A DNA stretch of 64,000 bases from the NCBI GenBank assembly GCA_963714275.1, contig CAVQNT010000004.1, positions 92,471 through 156,470 of the forward strand. The letters are read 5' to 3'. Position numbers and translations under genes: made by a program. Below are positions 1-9,837 of the stretch, one piece after another. The first letter of the stretch is position 1. Each line of letters begins with the position of its first letter. The DNA comes from Candidatus Bathyarchaeota archaeon (GTDB lineage: Archaea; Thermoproteota; Bathyarchaeia; Bathyarchaeales; DTEX01). The notes under the pieces were generated by a model. It had not been told where the DNA came from and made no database searches. It saw nothing but the letters and a program-made list of their open reading frames with translations.

Positions 1-160
1 TTAATTTTTTCGGGAACAGTTGGCTTAGGCTAACTGCAACTGAAATGCTGGCGTCGTGCTGACTGAAACTGAGATTGAGCGTGTCACATTCTCAGCACCG
101 GACCAAAGTTTATCTTACGGCGTCGAAGCACGCAAAACCGTATTACCTTGCTGCCACTTC

Positions 161-475
161 TTACTTTTTCATAGTTTCGAAGTAGGCTTTGCTGACGAAG
201 AGTCCGCATTCGCAGGTTCCCTGACGAGTGATCTCTTCCTTATGCGTTCGGCATGGACAGATGTTTCTCGAGTCCTCCTTGGGGATTCCCTTCACCTTTC
301 GGCATGGACAATATGCGTACCCATATTTCACTCTGTTTCTAACGAGCCCTGAGATAATGTTCTTGACTACTACATCGTCAGGATTTAGAAAGAACGAGCT
401 TCGTTCAGCATAATTTGTTACCATTTTCTCAACGGAAGCTCGAAACCGTTTACCATCATCGCTTTTAGTTTCCAT
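161..475 (-). CDS. Ferredoxin-thioredoxin reductase catalytic subunit-like protein
   Basis: YCPCR...ICPC...CECGLF cysteine motifs typical of the FTR catalytic chain. Confidence 0.9.
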   Translation of the reverse strand: METKSDDGKRFRASVEKMVTNYAERSSFFLNPDDVVVKNIISGLVRNRVKYGYAYCPCRKVKGIPKEDSRNICPCRTHKEEITRQGTCECGLFVSKAYFETMKK

Positions 476-627
476 TAACGGTCACTTCTTGCACCTCATG
501 AAGCCTAATTAACCCTACGCTTAGGGCTACGTCAGAAGAAGTGATTAAAAGGTGATCTAAGAAGAGATTGACTACTTTTAAAAGGTTAATTAGCAGTTTC
601 TCGTTTTTCTATAGCGGAGGATAAATT

Positions 628-1161
628 ATGGCAAATCTGAAGATTGGAGACCCTGCGCCTGACTTCCAGTTACCTGGCGTCGACGGCAACACGTACAGCA
701 TGAAAGATTTCAAGGAAAAGAAGATTGTCATAGTCATGTTCAGCTGTAACCATTGTCCCACTGTTAGGGCTTACGAGGACAGGTTCGTTGAGCTTCAGAG
801 AGACTACAAGGACAAAGAGGTTGTGCTTGTTGCTATTAACCCCAACGACGACAAGGAATATCCTGAAGACAGCTTCAAGAACATGAAAGTTCGATCTAAA
901 GAGAAAGGCTTTAACTTTCCCTATCTGAGGGACGAACCCCAAAGCGTAGCCAGATTGTACGGAGCTGAAAGAACACCTGAAGTCTTTGTCTTTGACAAGA
1001 AACGGGTTCTTCGTTATCACGGCAGAATCGACGACAACGTTTACGAACCAGACAAGATACAACAATATTACTTGAGAGACGCCATAGACGCTATATTGAA
1101 AGGACAGAAAGTCTCGGTACAAGATACGGAACCCGTTGGCTGCACCGTAAAATGGAAGTAA
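628..1161 (+). CDS. Thioredoxin-fold AhpC/TSA-like redoxin
   Basis: GDPAPDF start, CNHCP motif, RTPEVFVFD, YHGRIDD, GCTVKW end. Confidence 0.9.
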   Translation: MANLKIGDPAPDFQLPGVDGNTYSMKDFKEKKIVIVMFSCNHCPTVRAYEDRFVELQRDYKDKEVVLVAINPNDDKEYPEDSFKNMKVRSKEKGFNFPYLRDEPQSVARLYGAERTPEVFVFDKKRVLRYHGRIDDNVYEPDKIQQYYLRDAIDAILKGQKVSVQDTEPVGCTVKWK

Positions 1162-1496
1162 ACTACCTCTCCTTTTTTCTTAATTAAGAGCTCAGAAACC
1201 TAAAGAATGAAACATCACCTACCTCAGATGATAGTCATCTTGGCTAGATAGACTAGAGGAAACCACACATTATAGATGATGTTATTGCTGATAATGTCTA
1301 TAGCTGACTAATCTAGCAAGAATACTAAGACTCAATCGTTAATAAAATGGGTTATTATCTCAGTATTTTTTTAATTCATATCAGGTGAGTCTGATATTCG
1401 TGTTATCGGAAAAACTGTCACAGCTAGCACAGCAACCAGTTAAAAATGAATGACTGACTTCTTTATATCAATAGATAGTAAATACCTTTAGATCTG

Positions 1497-2075
1497 GTGG
1501 TTGAGTTGAAGAAAATCGTGAAGAACTATCGTGTTGTCTTTCCTACCCCTGCTGCTCTTGTAACCTCTGCTGATGAACAGGGAAAGCCTAACGTCGCTAC
1601 AGCCGGAGAGGTATACATGTTATCTCTTAATCCATTAATCGTTGCTGTCGGATTTAGGCCTGCAACATACACGAATAGACTTATCCATGCCACAAGGGAG
1701 TTCGTGGTCAATTTTCCTAAAAGTGAAATCTTGGAGCAAGTTGATTTTTGTGGATGTGTGTCAGGGAAATCGGTTGACAAGTTCACTGAGACGGGTTTAA
1801 CCCCACTTCCCGCCAAGTATGTGAAGCCCCCACTTGTTAAGGAGTGCCCAGTAAACATTGAATGTAAAGTCCTAGATGTAATACATTATCCCTATATGGA
1901 CCGAGATGTCTTCGCTGGAGAAACTTTGGCAGTCCATCTAGACGAAGAGATCATGGGCGAGGATGGTTTTGCCGATTTGACAAAATTTAAGGCGATAGCT
2001 TTTGCATCCAACAGTTACTTCCAACTTACAGGAGTACTCGAGCAATCCCACTTCAGTGTTAGAAAAAATGAATGA
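1497..2075 (+). CDS. Flavin reductase family protein (DIM6/NTAB)
   Basis: PTPAALVTS, EFVVN, CG.VSGK.VDKF, PPLVKECPVNIEC. Confidence 0.9.
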   Translation: MVELKKIVKNYRVVFPTPAALVTSADEQGKPNVATAGEVYMLSLNPLIVAVGFRPATYTNRLIHATREFVVNFPKSEILEQVDFCGCVSGKSVDKFTETGLTPLPAKYVKPPLVKECPVNIECKVLDVIHYPYMDRDVFAGETLAVHLDEEIMGEDGFADLTKFKAIAFASNSYFQLTGVLEQSHFSVRKNE

Positions 2076-2162
2076 TAGTTTAAGATAAAGCACTAATGAG
2101 AATCAATATGCTATCACAGTGTGATGAATCAACGAACGAAGGACAAGCTAGCTCACTGGTGT

Positions 2163-2769
2163 TCAACCACCTAGAACCGTCGAGATCGCGTAACCTAATC
2201 CTATCCTGAACCTAATGGAGAGAGGAGAAATCCTGCCTGCGTAACCTGCTTTGCCAGCCTTGAGAGCCGCAAGAACCTTATCAACGTCTGGATCGTCCAA
2301 ATCAACCGTTGTGTACGCGTCACCAACAGAGGCTGTAGGGTGGGCTTTCCACCTTGTCTTGAGATGGCGTTCGAGTATGGCAGACTCGTAATAACAGCGT
2401 CAACCTTACACGGTTCACTATGCTGAGTATAGGTTGATTATCGTACCAAAAGACTCTATCATGTAGTATGTGAAGCCCTCCGAGAACCAAAGCGCAAATG
2501 TTTGCCCTCTGCTTGGAGATCGAAACACCATCGGATAGAATCTCCGCTTCAACTCCCTTTATGACCCCTGCATCATTCAAGGTGTTCAAATAAGTCTTAA
2601 GTTGACTTTTGGGCATTCTCTTTGGCAATTCGTGGAATTCATTGAAATGATCTGTAATTGCAAATATGTTCAGCCTTTTTGTTTGTGCTGTTTTAACAAC
2701 ATCCTTCACACTGCAAACTCCATCTGAGAAACTTCGAAAATACGCTGGCAACCTCCCAGAATTTTTCAC
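2163..2769 (-). pseudogene. Fragmented PHP-domain phosphoesterase (mosaic)
   Basis: SDG...AITDH and GVEAE in the N-part; a separate frame at about 2163-2345 reads AHPTASVGDAYTT...VLAALKAG, like a PHP C-terminus. Confidence 0.6.
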
Positions 2770-2952
2770 ATGTTGTTGCTCTTAAAAAAGTTAGAAAACG
2801 AGCCTCTCTCAATAATATAGTTTTTTAATAAATTCGACCCTGCAAAAAACAGGGCTTCCCCCCAATATATCGTTGAGGTTTTGCCAAATCTTTCGCGTAT
2901 ACTGGATTATGAGGAGTCTACTAAAAACGTCTCTCAATAATACCGTACACAA

Positions 2953-3390
2953 TTATTTTGGTTTTTCTACTAACTGCCCATCCATCTCATAGTTAGTTGG
3001 TGGCATTTCTCTGGATGCTGGTTTAGGACGTGACCACTTATAAGTGATTGCTGAAGGTAAGTATCTTCTCTCATAACGGCAGTTTGGGTTTACACATCTG
3101 GCAAGAATTTCCCAAGAATGCTCGTTTTCTTTTTCCACTCTATGAGTGTAAGAGTATACTCTACGTCCACAGATGCATCGTGGGGGAAATGGAATGATTT
3201 GCTTCGCTAAGCCACAAAGCTTATCGAACTTTGATAGGAGGTCTCCTTTTTCCTGTTGTTCTAGTTGGATTTTCAGCATACGTTCAATGTCAGACCAATG
3301 AGCCTTGGGATTTTGCATTTTTAGTTCAGTAATGAGTCTATGTATTTCAACGATTTCTTCGTTTAGGACCCATTCTCTCGGGCGTTCCAA
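2953..3390 (-). CDS. Hypothetical protein with C-terminal Zn-ribbon-like cysteines
   Basis: 145-aa ORF with CICG and CVNPNC. Confidence 0.6.
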   Translation of the reverse strand: MERPREWVLNEEIVEIHRLITELKMQNPKAHWSDIERMLKIQLEQQEKGDLLSKFDKLCGLAKQIIPFPPRCICGRRVYSYTHRVEKENEHSWEILARCVNPNCRYERRYLPSAITYKWSRPKPASREMPPTNYEMDGQLVEKPK

Positions 3391-3475
3391 CTTTCCTTAA
3401 TTGCTTCATCGAATAAAGATTGTACTAACTCAGATTTAAGGCTCCAATCCAAAATTACATTTAGATAAGAGATAA

Positions 3476-3580
3476 ACTATTGAAACCTTGATTAACGAAG
3501 AGGCTTTGTTATTCGCCAAATTTCTGAGACATGAACGAAAAACATGGACGCCGAGAGTTGCCAATCTAGAAAACCAATGA
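3476..3580 (+). pseudogene. cas1: cas1 3'-end remnant 1
   Basis: Translates TIETLINEEALLFAKFLRHERKTWTPRVANLENQ*, matching the intact Cas1 C-terminus TLNTLINEEALLFAKFLRNERETWIPR. Confidence 0.9.
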
Positions 3581-3687
3581 CAGATTAGAGACATCAGCTA
3601 AGCTAGCGCGTGCTTTTGTTGATAGCTTCAGCTCACTGGCTTTGGCTGGATATAATAAGAAAACTAATTTAATCCTCAGGATTCTGT

Positions 3688-5667
3688 CTATGATCCTGTC
3701 AATATTGGAAGCATAAGTAAGGCGGTCATGCCTAGAAGCTTCATGAATATGAGGACAGATGGGCCTGCGACGTCTTTCAGCGGGTCTCCTACGGTGTCGC
3801 CAATTATTGTTGCCCTATGTGTGTCTGATTTCTTTCCTCCGTACAGTCCACTTTCAACTAGTTTCTTGGCATTGTCTAGTAGGGCGCCTGTATTGTTGAA
3901 GAAGAAGCCCAACATGGAAGCGGAAGCTATAGCCCCCATGAGCAACATTCCCAACGCGGTTGGACCGAAGAACATGCCCACAGCGATGGGAGTCGCTATT
4001 GAAATGAGTCCCGGCACCAACATTTTGCTTAGTGCAATTTTTGTTGCTATATCAACACATTTGGCATAATCAGGAGTACCTTTGCCCTCTTTTAGTCCAA
4101 CGATCTCCTTGAATTGGCGTCGTACTTCATCAACCATTCTGAAAGCCCCGTCGGCGGTCGCTCCTATCGTCAGAGAGGCTAATGGTAAAGGCAAGACTAC
4201 GCCCAGGAACAGTGCAGCAATGGGGTATGGAGATGCGACTGAGATTACAGAGATATTGGCTGTCGCGAAATAGGTTGCGAAAATTAAGAAGGCGGTAACT
4301 GTGCCTGATGCCATGGCATAGCCCTTGGTTGCAGCCTTCATAGTGTTGCCAACGGCGTCTAGAGAACTCAAGGTTTCAGAAGCTTGTACTGAGATTCCAG
4401 ACATTTCAGCTATTCCCGCAGCATTATCAATTATTGGGCCGAACGTATCAGCAGCCATAATGAACGCAATAGCAAAATCCGTGCCAATATTTGTTATGAC
4501 TAGTCCATAGAGAGACTCGCCAGTGAGCATGAAAGAAAGTACTACAGCAGCCAAAACTGCGATCATCGGAAGCAAGGGAGTTTCCAATCCAGTCGATATG
4601 CCAGTTATCAAGTTTATGGCAGGGCCTGCTTGCGAGGATTCAGCGACATGATGTACAGGCCCACGCCCCAGACCTGTATAGTGCAGTGTAACTAGGACAC
4701 AAACGAGTACTGCTGCAACACCAAGCAAACCTGCAAAGAATAGTGTCACATCATTCAAAAAAAACTTGGTCAAAAAGAACAAGCCAATCGAGCTGAGGAC
4801 GGCTGTAACCATGAGACCGATAACCAAAGATCCTGTGGCGCTTATCCCCTTCCACTGTCTAACTAAAGATATTCCAAACATGGAAGCTAGAACACCAACA
4901 GCTTCTAGGATGAATGGAAATACTACTCCATTGGGGCCGTATCTCGAAATGAAGAGAACACCCATCAACGAACCAGTTATTATGTCGTCACTAAAAGTCT
5001 GGAATAAATCTGAACCTCGCCCAGCGCAATCGCCTACGTTGTCGCCAACCAAATCGGCGATCACGGCCGGATTTCTCGGGTCATCCTCTGGAATCTCCAT
5101 TTCGATCTTACCCACCAAATCGGCTCCAACATCGGCTGACTTTGTATATATGCCCCCTCCGATTTGTGCAAACAATGCCGTGAGGCTTGCTCCAAATCCA
5201 AACCCTACAAGCGCTGAAATATCATTCAAGGCGGTTCGCAACAGGAATAGCGCAACAAGACTTATACCTGGAACCACCAGACCCATAACTGAACCTCCAA
5301 GGAAGCCCGTTCTCAAAGTTTCCCTTGGTGAAAGTACAGCAGCGTTTGCTGTTCTTACGTTTGTTCTTACTGCAACGTTCATGCCGATGTACCCTGCTAA
5401 TAAGGAGAGAAGGACACCACAAACAAAAGATAACGAAGTAGTCCAATTGAAAACGAAGAGAATTATTATAACTAACCAAGGAATGACAAGAATAATAGTT
5501 TTTAATTGTCTCTTAAGGTAGACGTTTGTTCCTATTACAATGTATCTACTCACTTCTCGCATGCGAGCTGTGCCAGAATCTTTTTTAAGAATCCAACGAG
5601 TGATATAAGACGCTGCCAAAATGGCAATCATCCCAACGCTGAAGGCAAACAAGAGTGGATCTGTCAT
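3688..5667 (-). CDS. hppA: Membrane-bound ion-translocating pyrophosphatase, probably K+-independent type
   Basis: GGIYTKSADVGADLVGKIE, EDDPRNP, GDNVGDCAG, GDTVGDPLKD; Lys in GNTMKA. Confidence 0.93.
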   Translation of the reverse strand: MTDPLLFAFSVGMIAILAASYITRWILKKDSGTARMREVSRYIVIGTNVYLKRQLKTIILVIPWLVIIILFVFNWTTSLSFVCGVLLSLLAGYIGMNVAVRTNVRTANAAVLSPRETLRTGFLGGSVMGLVVPGISLVALFLLRTALNDISALVGFGFGASLTALFAQIGGGIYTKSADVGADLVGKIEMEIPEDDPRNPAVIADLVGDNVGDCAGRGSDLFQTFSDDIITGSLMGVLFISRYGPNGVVFPFILEAVGVLASMFGISLVRQWKGISATGSLVIGLMVTAVLSSIGLFFLTKFFLNDVTLFFAGLLGVAAVLVCVLVTLHYTGLGRGPVHHVAESSQAGPAINLITGISTGLETPLLPMIAVLAAVVLSFMLTGESLYGLVITNIGTDFAIAFIMAADTFGPIIDNAAGIAEMSGISVQASETLSSLDAVGNTMKAATKGYAMASGTVTAFLIFATYFATANISVISVASPYPIAALFLGVVLPLPLASLTIGATADGAFRMVDEVRRQFKEIVGLKEGKGTPDYAKCVDIATKIALSKMLVPGLISIATPIAVGMFFGPTALGMLLMGAIASASMLGFFFNNTGALLDNAKKLVESGLYGGKKSDTHRATIIGDTVGDPLKDVAGPSVLIFMKLLGMTALLMLPILTGS

Positions 5668-5995
5668 AATAATTCCCTTAGATTCGTTTGGTTCCTTTGA
5701 CTATCCAGTAGCGCGCGCTCCGTAGAGGAGTTGGTCACATTTTTTCCCTTCCATGCGTTGGCTTTGTCAAAAGAAAGGATCCCCTTGATAAGGTTGTCTC
5801 CGAATGGTCCAAAACTGACTTATTAGTTATGGTCTTGAGGACTATGAAACCCGAGACCCAGTAGAAGTCTACCCCAAAGATTGTTTCACAGCATTAATAC
5901 AAAAATTAGCCAGGTAGCTCAGCTTCAAAGCCCTTAGAATTAATCTTTTGACGTTGAGGCTTACGACACTTTTTGGATTGGGCCTGATGCTTCCG

Positions 5996-6445
5996 CTATT
6001 TTTCGAAGACATCAGGAGTTGGGTAGTGATTTCGTCCTATTGCTTCAAGTATGTCGTCGGTGAGAGTTTTCTTGCTTAGGTATCTAGCGAAGTCTGTGGC
6101 GGTTATTATTCCAACCGACTTGTTATCCTTTATTACAGGAAGGCGTCGGATTTTCTTGTTGACCATTCTTCTAGCAGCTTCTTTAATCGGAGTTTCTGAA
6201 TCTATTACTCTGAGTGGGGTGCTCATCACATCTGAAACTCTAGTGTCCGCCGATTTTCCCTCCGCTAAGACTCTCCGTACAAAATCCCGTTCAGTGACGA
6301 TCCCGACGGGCGCATTGTTCTCTATGACCACCAAGTCGCCTACGTTATTCTGCGACATTAGGACTGCAGCGTCAATAATAGTCTTGTTAACATCAATGGT
6401 TACAACGTTCTTTGCCATTAAATCCTTGACTTTGATCGTCATCAC
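5996..6445 (-). CDS. CBS-domain pair protein
   Basis: VKDLM, VGIVTERD, VSDVMS, IRRLPV, VGIITATD. Confidence 0.92.
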   Translation of the reverse strand: MMTIKVKDLMAKNVVTIDVNKTIIDAAVLMSQNNVGDLVVIENNAPVGIVTERDFVRRVLAEGKSADTRVSDVMSTPLRVIDSETPIKEAARRMVNKKIRRLPVIKDNKSVGIITATDFARYLSKKTLTDDILEAIGRNHYPTPDVFEK

Positions 6446-6643
6446 TTTTCAATAGTAATTGATCATATAAAAATTTTCCCCATCTTTGATTTTGATTTCT
6501 AGTATTGGACGTTGGGCAGTTTTTCGTGCTTCTAGCTAGCTATTTGTGTGTGTTTTTTGTTTGTGTTTTTTAGAGAGAGTGTATGTATGTGAGTGAATGA
6601 GAGAAGGAAAGCAAGAGCGTATAAGAGAATTAGTGTGTGTGGG

Positions 6644-6658
6644 GATTAAATTTTAATC
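6644..6658 (+). repeat. Left 15-bp direct repeat (putative TSD) GATTAAATTTTAATC
   Basis: Identical and in the same orientation at 12689-12703. Confidence 0.88.
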
Positions 6659-6776
6659 TTTCTCTCTCTCTCGTACGTGTTCTCGTTCTTTCCCAGATAC
6701 TCCCTTGTATTCCCTCACTCCCACTTACGTATAGCGCGCGCGCACGCACGCACACAACAAGCACACGCACAAAAAA
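6659..6776 (+). repeat. Left terminal inverted repeat (118 bp)
   Basis: Exact reverse complement of 12571-12688 by manual comparison. Confidence 0.95.
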
Positions 6777-6924
6777 ACACTAGATTCTAGACACATTGAA
6801 CTGTGTATGTATACTTTGGTGCGGGCGGCGTAATTTGAACCGAAGTTTTGTTACCACCATGAAGACCACGCACATACCATATATAACTAGATAATACTTA
6901 TGTGACTTAGAAGGTTATATTGCT

Positions 6925-7734
6925 GTGCGAGTTCCAGAGGAAGTTCGCCAATGTGTTGCATTCATTGGTCTTCCTAACTCAACTGGTCAAGTGAGTTTTA
7001 CGGGTACTGCTTTCTTTGTAGCTATGCCTTTGAGTATAAAAGGTAGGTCGATTTGTTATTTAGTAACCGCTAAGCATGTTGCTGATAAGCTAGAAAACAA
7101 AATATCTTATCTCCGAATAAACACCAAAGACGGAAAATCAATGCCACTCCAACTTGATGAGGTAAGATGGTTTTCTCATCCTACTGATAGCTCGGTTGAC
7201 ATTGCAGTCTTACCCTACTCTCCACCTTTGAATGTTGAATACAAGTTTGTCCCAGTTGATCTGTTTCTCTCGGATGACATAATACAAAAAGAAAATATTG
7301 GTGTCGGCGATGAAGTATTTATTACGGGTCTATTTGCTCATGTGAGCGGCTCTCAAAGAAATCTTCCGATAGTACGAATGGGTAATATCGCCATGATGCC
7401 TGATGAAATCATTCCCACAGATCTGGGTAACATCGAGGCATATTTAATCGAAGCCAGATCTATTGGAGGCTTGAGTGGTTCTCCTGCTTTTGTTCGAGCG
7501 ATATCGGGACGTCGTTATTACTTCCTTGGACTAATGCATGGGCATTGGGAAATCCCTCCATATATGAAGAATGATTTATTGATGAATGAAGAACTTTTTG
7601 GAAAAGTTAATATGGGCATCGCAATTGTCATACCAGCAAAAAGGATATTAGAGGTTCTTAATCAGCCAGAATTGATTGCACGAAGAGAAAGGGCAGAAAG
7701 GAATTTAGAAAAGACTGATAAGAACACCCCTTAA
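6925..7734 (+). CDS. Trypsin-like serine protease (cargo)
   Basis: Catalytic triad motifs LVTAKHV, VDIAVL, GGLSGSPAF. Confidence 0.85.
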   Translation: MRVPEEVRQCVAFIGLPNSTGQVSFTGTAFFVAMPLSIKGRSICYLVTAKHVADKLENKISYLRINTKDGKSMPLQLDEVRWFSHPTDSSVDIAVLPYSPPLNVEYKFVPVDLFLSDDIIQKENIGVGDEVFITGLFAHVSGSQRNLPIVRMGNIAMMPDEIIPTDLGNIEAYLIEARSIGGLSGSPAFVRAISGRRYYFLGLMHGHWEIPPYMKNDLLMNEELFGKVNMGIAIVIPAKRILEVLNQPELIARRERAERNLEKTDKNTP

Positions 7735-8765
7735 GGCAAAACAGTTCTCGGAATCCATGTTTCCCTTTCATTCCTCAGAAACTTAGCGAACAGCAAGGCT
7801 TCTTCATTAATCAACGTATTCAGCGTTTGTCTCTTCCCAACCTTGATTCTCGGAATATCAACCATACGTTCAAACAATAACCCTAGAGCCTCAGCCAATT
7901 CATTAGTTTCATATTCGCATAAATGAATCTTTTTTCCCATTCTGAGATGCATCATAAAATCTGTTACAAGCACGAAGTCGTTCTTATGATACCTAGAACA
8001 GCGTTCTATCAATAAATCGTCTATGAGGTAACGGTACAATTCTTGGAAATCGCATACTAAGCTAGGCTTGCCAAACTGTACACTGTGCAAGAAGCCTAAG
8101 TAAGGTTCAAGTTTTGCCTTCAACAGCGCCTTATGAACTCTACATCGCAATACATAGTATCCAAAATTGAAAACGTTGTTTATTCCATCGTAAGCCTTGT
8201 ATGTCATTCTTCTTTTAGGTCTAATCTTTTCAGGAAATAAGCTGAAAATCTGGTTAAAGTAGTGTTCAGAAGACTTTCCTTCAAGACCATTAATTTTCCT
8301 TCTGAAAGATTCATTCCTAGACGATTCCAACCTTTCGATATGGCTTTCTAAATTTGGATCAATAGGCAATAAACCATATTTCCTTAAAACTCTCCTCTGT
8401 CCCTCAATTTTGCATAAAACTAATTGTTTAGTGATATAGACGCTCTTTCCATTCTTCAGAGCTTGATACTGCGCTATCCGAGTTTTGACATGACTATCGT
8501 CTTCAATGTTTTTCAGAACTGCTACAACCCTGTTTTTCTTTGTCATGATATAAGTGTCGATATTCCATAATGCAAGGTCAATTAAAGCGTCAACTGAAAC
8601 GTAATTTCCACTCCTGAGGATGCATTCGCCTATTTCCTTTTCAAAATGTGGATAACGAGTAATATTTCCCGTCTTATCTCGAGATTCAAAACAGCCTTCT
8701 CCCCTACCCAAATAAGAACCATAACCATCTAATGTCAATCGTAAGATTTTTGTACCACGAACCAT
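7731..8765 (-). CDS. cas1: Cas1 family integrase (solo, casposase-like)
   Basis: GYGSYLGR N-terminus, GLEG...YF, INNVFNFGY, LEPYLGFLH, SLVCDFQELYR: the catalytic E, H and D/E positions are present. Confidence 0.95.
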   Translation of the reverse strand: MVRGTKILRLTLDGYGSYLGRGEGCFESRDKTGNITRYPHFEKEIGECILRSGNYVSVDALIDLALWNIDTYIMTKKNRVVAVLKNIEDDSHVKTRIAQYQALKNGKSVYITKQLVLCKIEGQRRVLRKYGLLPIDPNLESHIERLESSRNESFRRKINGLEGKSSEHYFNQIFSLFPEKIRPKRRMTYKAYDGINNVFNFGYYVLRCRVHKALLKAKLEPYLGFLHSVQFGKPSLVCDFQELYRYLIDDLLIERCSRYHKNDFVLVTDFMMHLRMGKKIHLCEYETNELAEALGLLFERMVDIPRIKVGKRQTLNTLINEEALLFAKFLRNERETWIPRTVLP

Positions 8766-8849
8766 TATATCACCCTCTTTTCATCACATAATCATAACGC
8801 AAAAATAATTTATAAATCTTGTGATGCTAAAGTAATGAGGATGTAGTGA

Positions 8850-9008
8850 ATGAGTCTTAAACTGAAAAGAACCCTGAGTGAATCAGGGCGAACTTTAGTT
8901 CTCCGACTACCAAAAGATGTTGAACGCTCTCTTTCACTTAAAGCTGGAGACCAAATTCATATTTGGGTTGAGAATGGAAGAATCATCATCGAGCCAATAA
9001 CGAGCTAG
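8850..9008 (+). CDS. AbrB/MazE/SpoVT-type DNA-binding protein
   Basis: Not in the ORF track; MSLKLKRTLSESGRTLVLRLPKDVERSLSLKAGDQIHIWVENGRIIIEPITS; divergent from cas1. Confidence 0.85.
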   Translation: MSLKLKRTLSESGRTLVLRLPKDVERSLSLKAGDQIHIWVENGRIIIEPITS

Positions 9009-9015
9009 TTTCAAA

Positions 9016-9549
9016 TTAGTCTCCGATTTTAATAATGTCCGCAGTATAAGACATTTGAAGTTCATTTAATGTAACTATAGTCATTAACTCCTGCCACTCG
9101 ATCTCACCCAACGAAAGATATTCTCCAGAACCACCATTCTTTAATTCAAACTCAATTTCAGCAACAAAAAGCCCAAGAACCAATCTACAAGAACCGTGAC
9201 TTCGCATTAGACTACGGTATAGAAAGAAACTCTTGAGTTTAAGACTTATATTCAAAGTAGTTTCCAACCACTGCTTCACTTGAACCAAATCTGCAAAATT
9301 GAATTTAACAAAAATAGATTTCCTCATAAATTGTATTAGAACAGAGTAATCTGGATACTTGAAGAAAGTGTAACTTCTAAATGGGATTCTGAAATAGGCT
9401 ATTATTGATTTCTCTCCTGAATTACCTTTATGCGTTACATTATCTTTTATTAAAATGTACACACCTTCTTTGTTCGTAGGCAATTCGATCTCTGTTGAGC
9501 TCTCAAAAGTCACATGCCCGCCTTTGTATACTTCTTTCAATTTGACCAC
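9016..9549 (-). CDS. Hypothetical protein
   Basis: 177-aa ORF, no recognised motif. Confidence 0.5.
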   Translation of the reverse strand: MVKLKEVYKGGHVTFESSTEIELPTNKEGVYILIKDNVTHKGNSGEKSIIAYFRIPFRSYTFFKYPDYSVLIQFMRKSIFVKFNFADLVQVKQWLETTLNISLKLKSFFLYRSLMRSHGSCRLVLGLFVAEIEFELKNGGSGEYLSLGEIEWQELMTIVTLNELQMSYTADIIKIGD

Positions 9550-9603
9550 CGAAAAACCGACTCGGTTGCAGATACAATATCTTCAGATTATGGTGATATA
9601 AAG

Positions 9604-9819
9604 ATGCGATTGGGTTTAACCGAGAGGCTGAAGGCAGATGCTCTGCGATTTCTAAATCAAACAACATTAGCGATCAGTGTCTCGGATTTAGCCAAAAACC
9701 TGAATGTTTCGTGGTCGACTGCGCGTCAAATCCTAACCGAATTAACGCTTGAAGGAAGAATTGAGTGCCAGAAGACCACCAACTGGAAAATCTACAAACC
9801 TAAAGAAAATGATAGGTAG
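9604..9819 (+). CDS. Winged HTH DNA-binding protein
   Basis: SVSDLAKNLNVSWSTARQILTELTLEGRI; ATG at 9604 preferred. Confidence 0.8.
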   Translation: MRLGLTERLKADALRFLNQTTLAISVSDLAKNLNVSWSTARQILTELTLEGRIECQKTTNWKIYKPKENDR

Positions 9820-9837
9820 TGTCAGGGAGGCTAAGAT

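Noticed and set aside
3728-5521. Plus-strand ORFs inside hppA, and similar antisense ORFs elsewhere
   Set aside because: Shadow frames of well-supported genes on the opposite strand.
6644-6658. Core palindrome as a Xer/dif site
   Set aside because: Too short for the 11-6-11 dif layout, and its direct duplication outside the TIRs fits a TSD better.
6817-6842. Functional tRNA gene
   Set aside because: Only a degenerate 3' fragment, with no D arm or anticodon arm.
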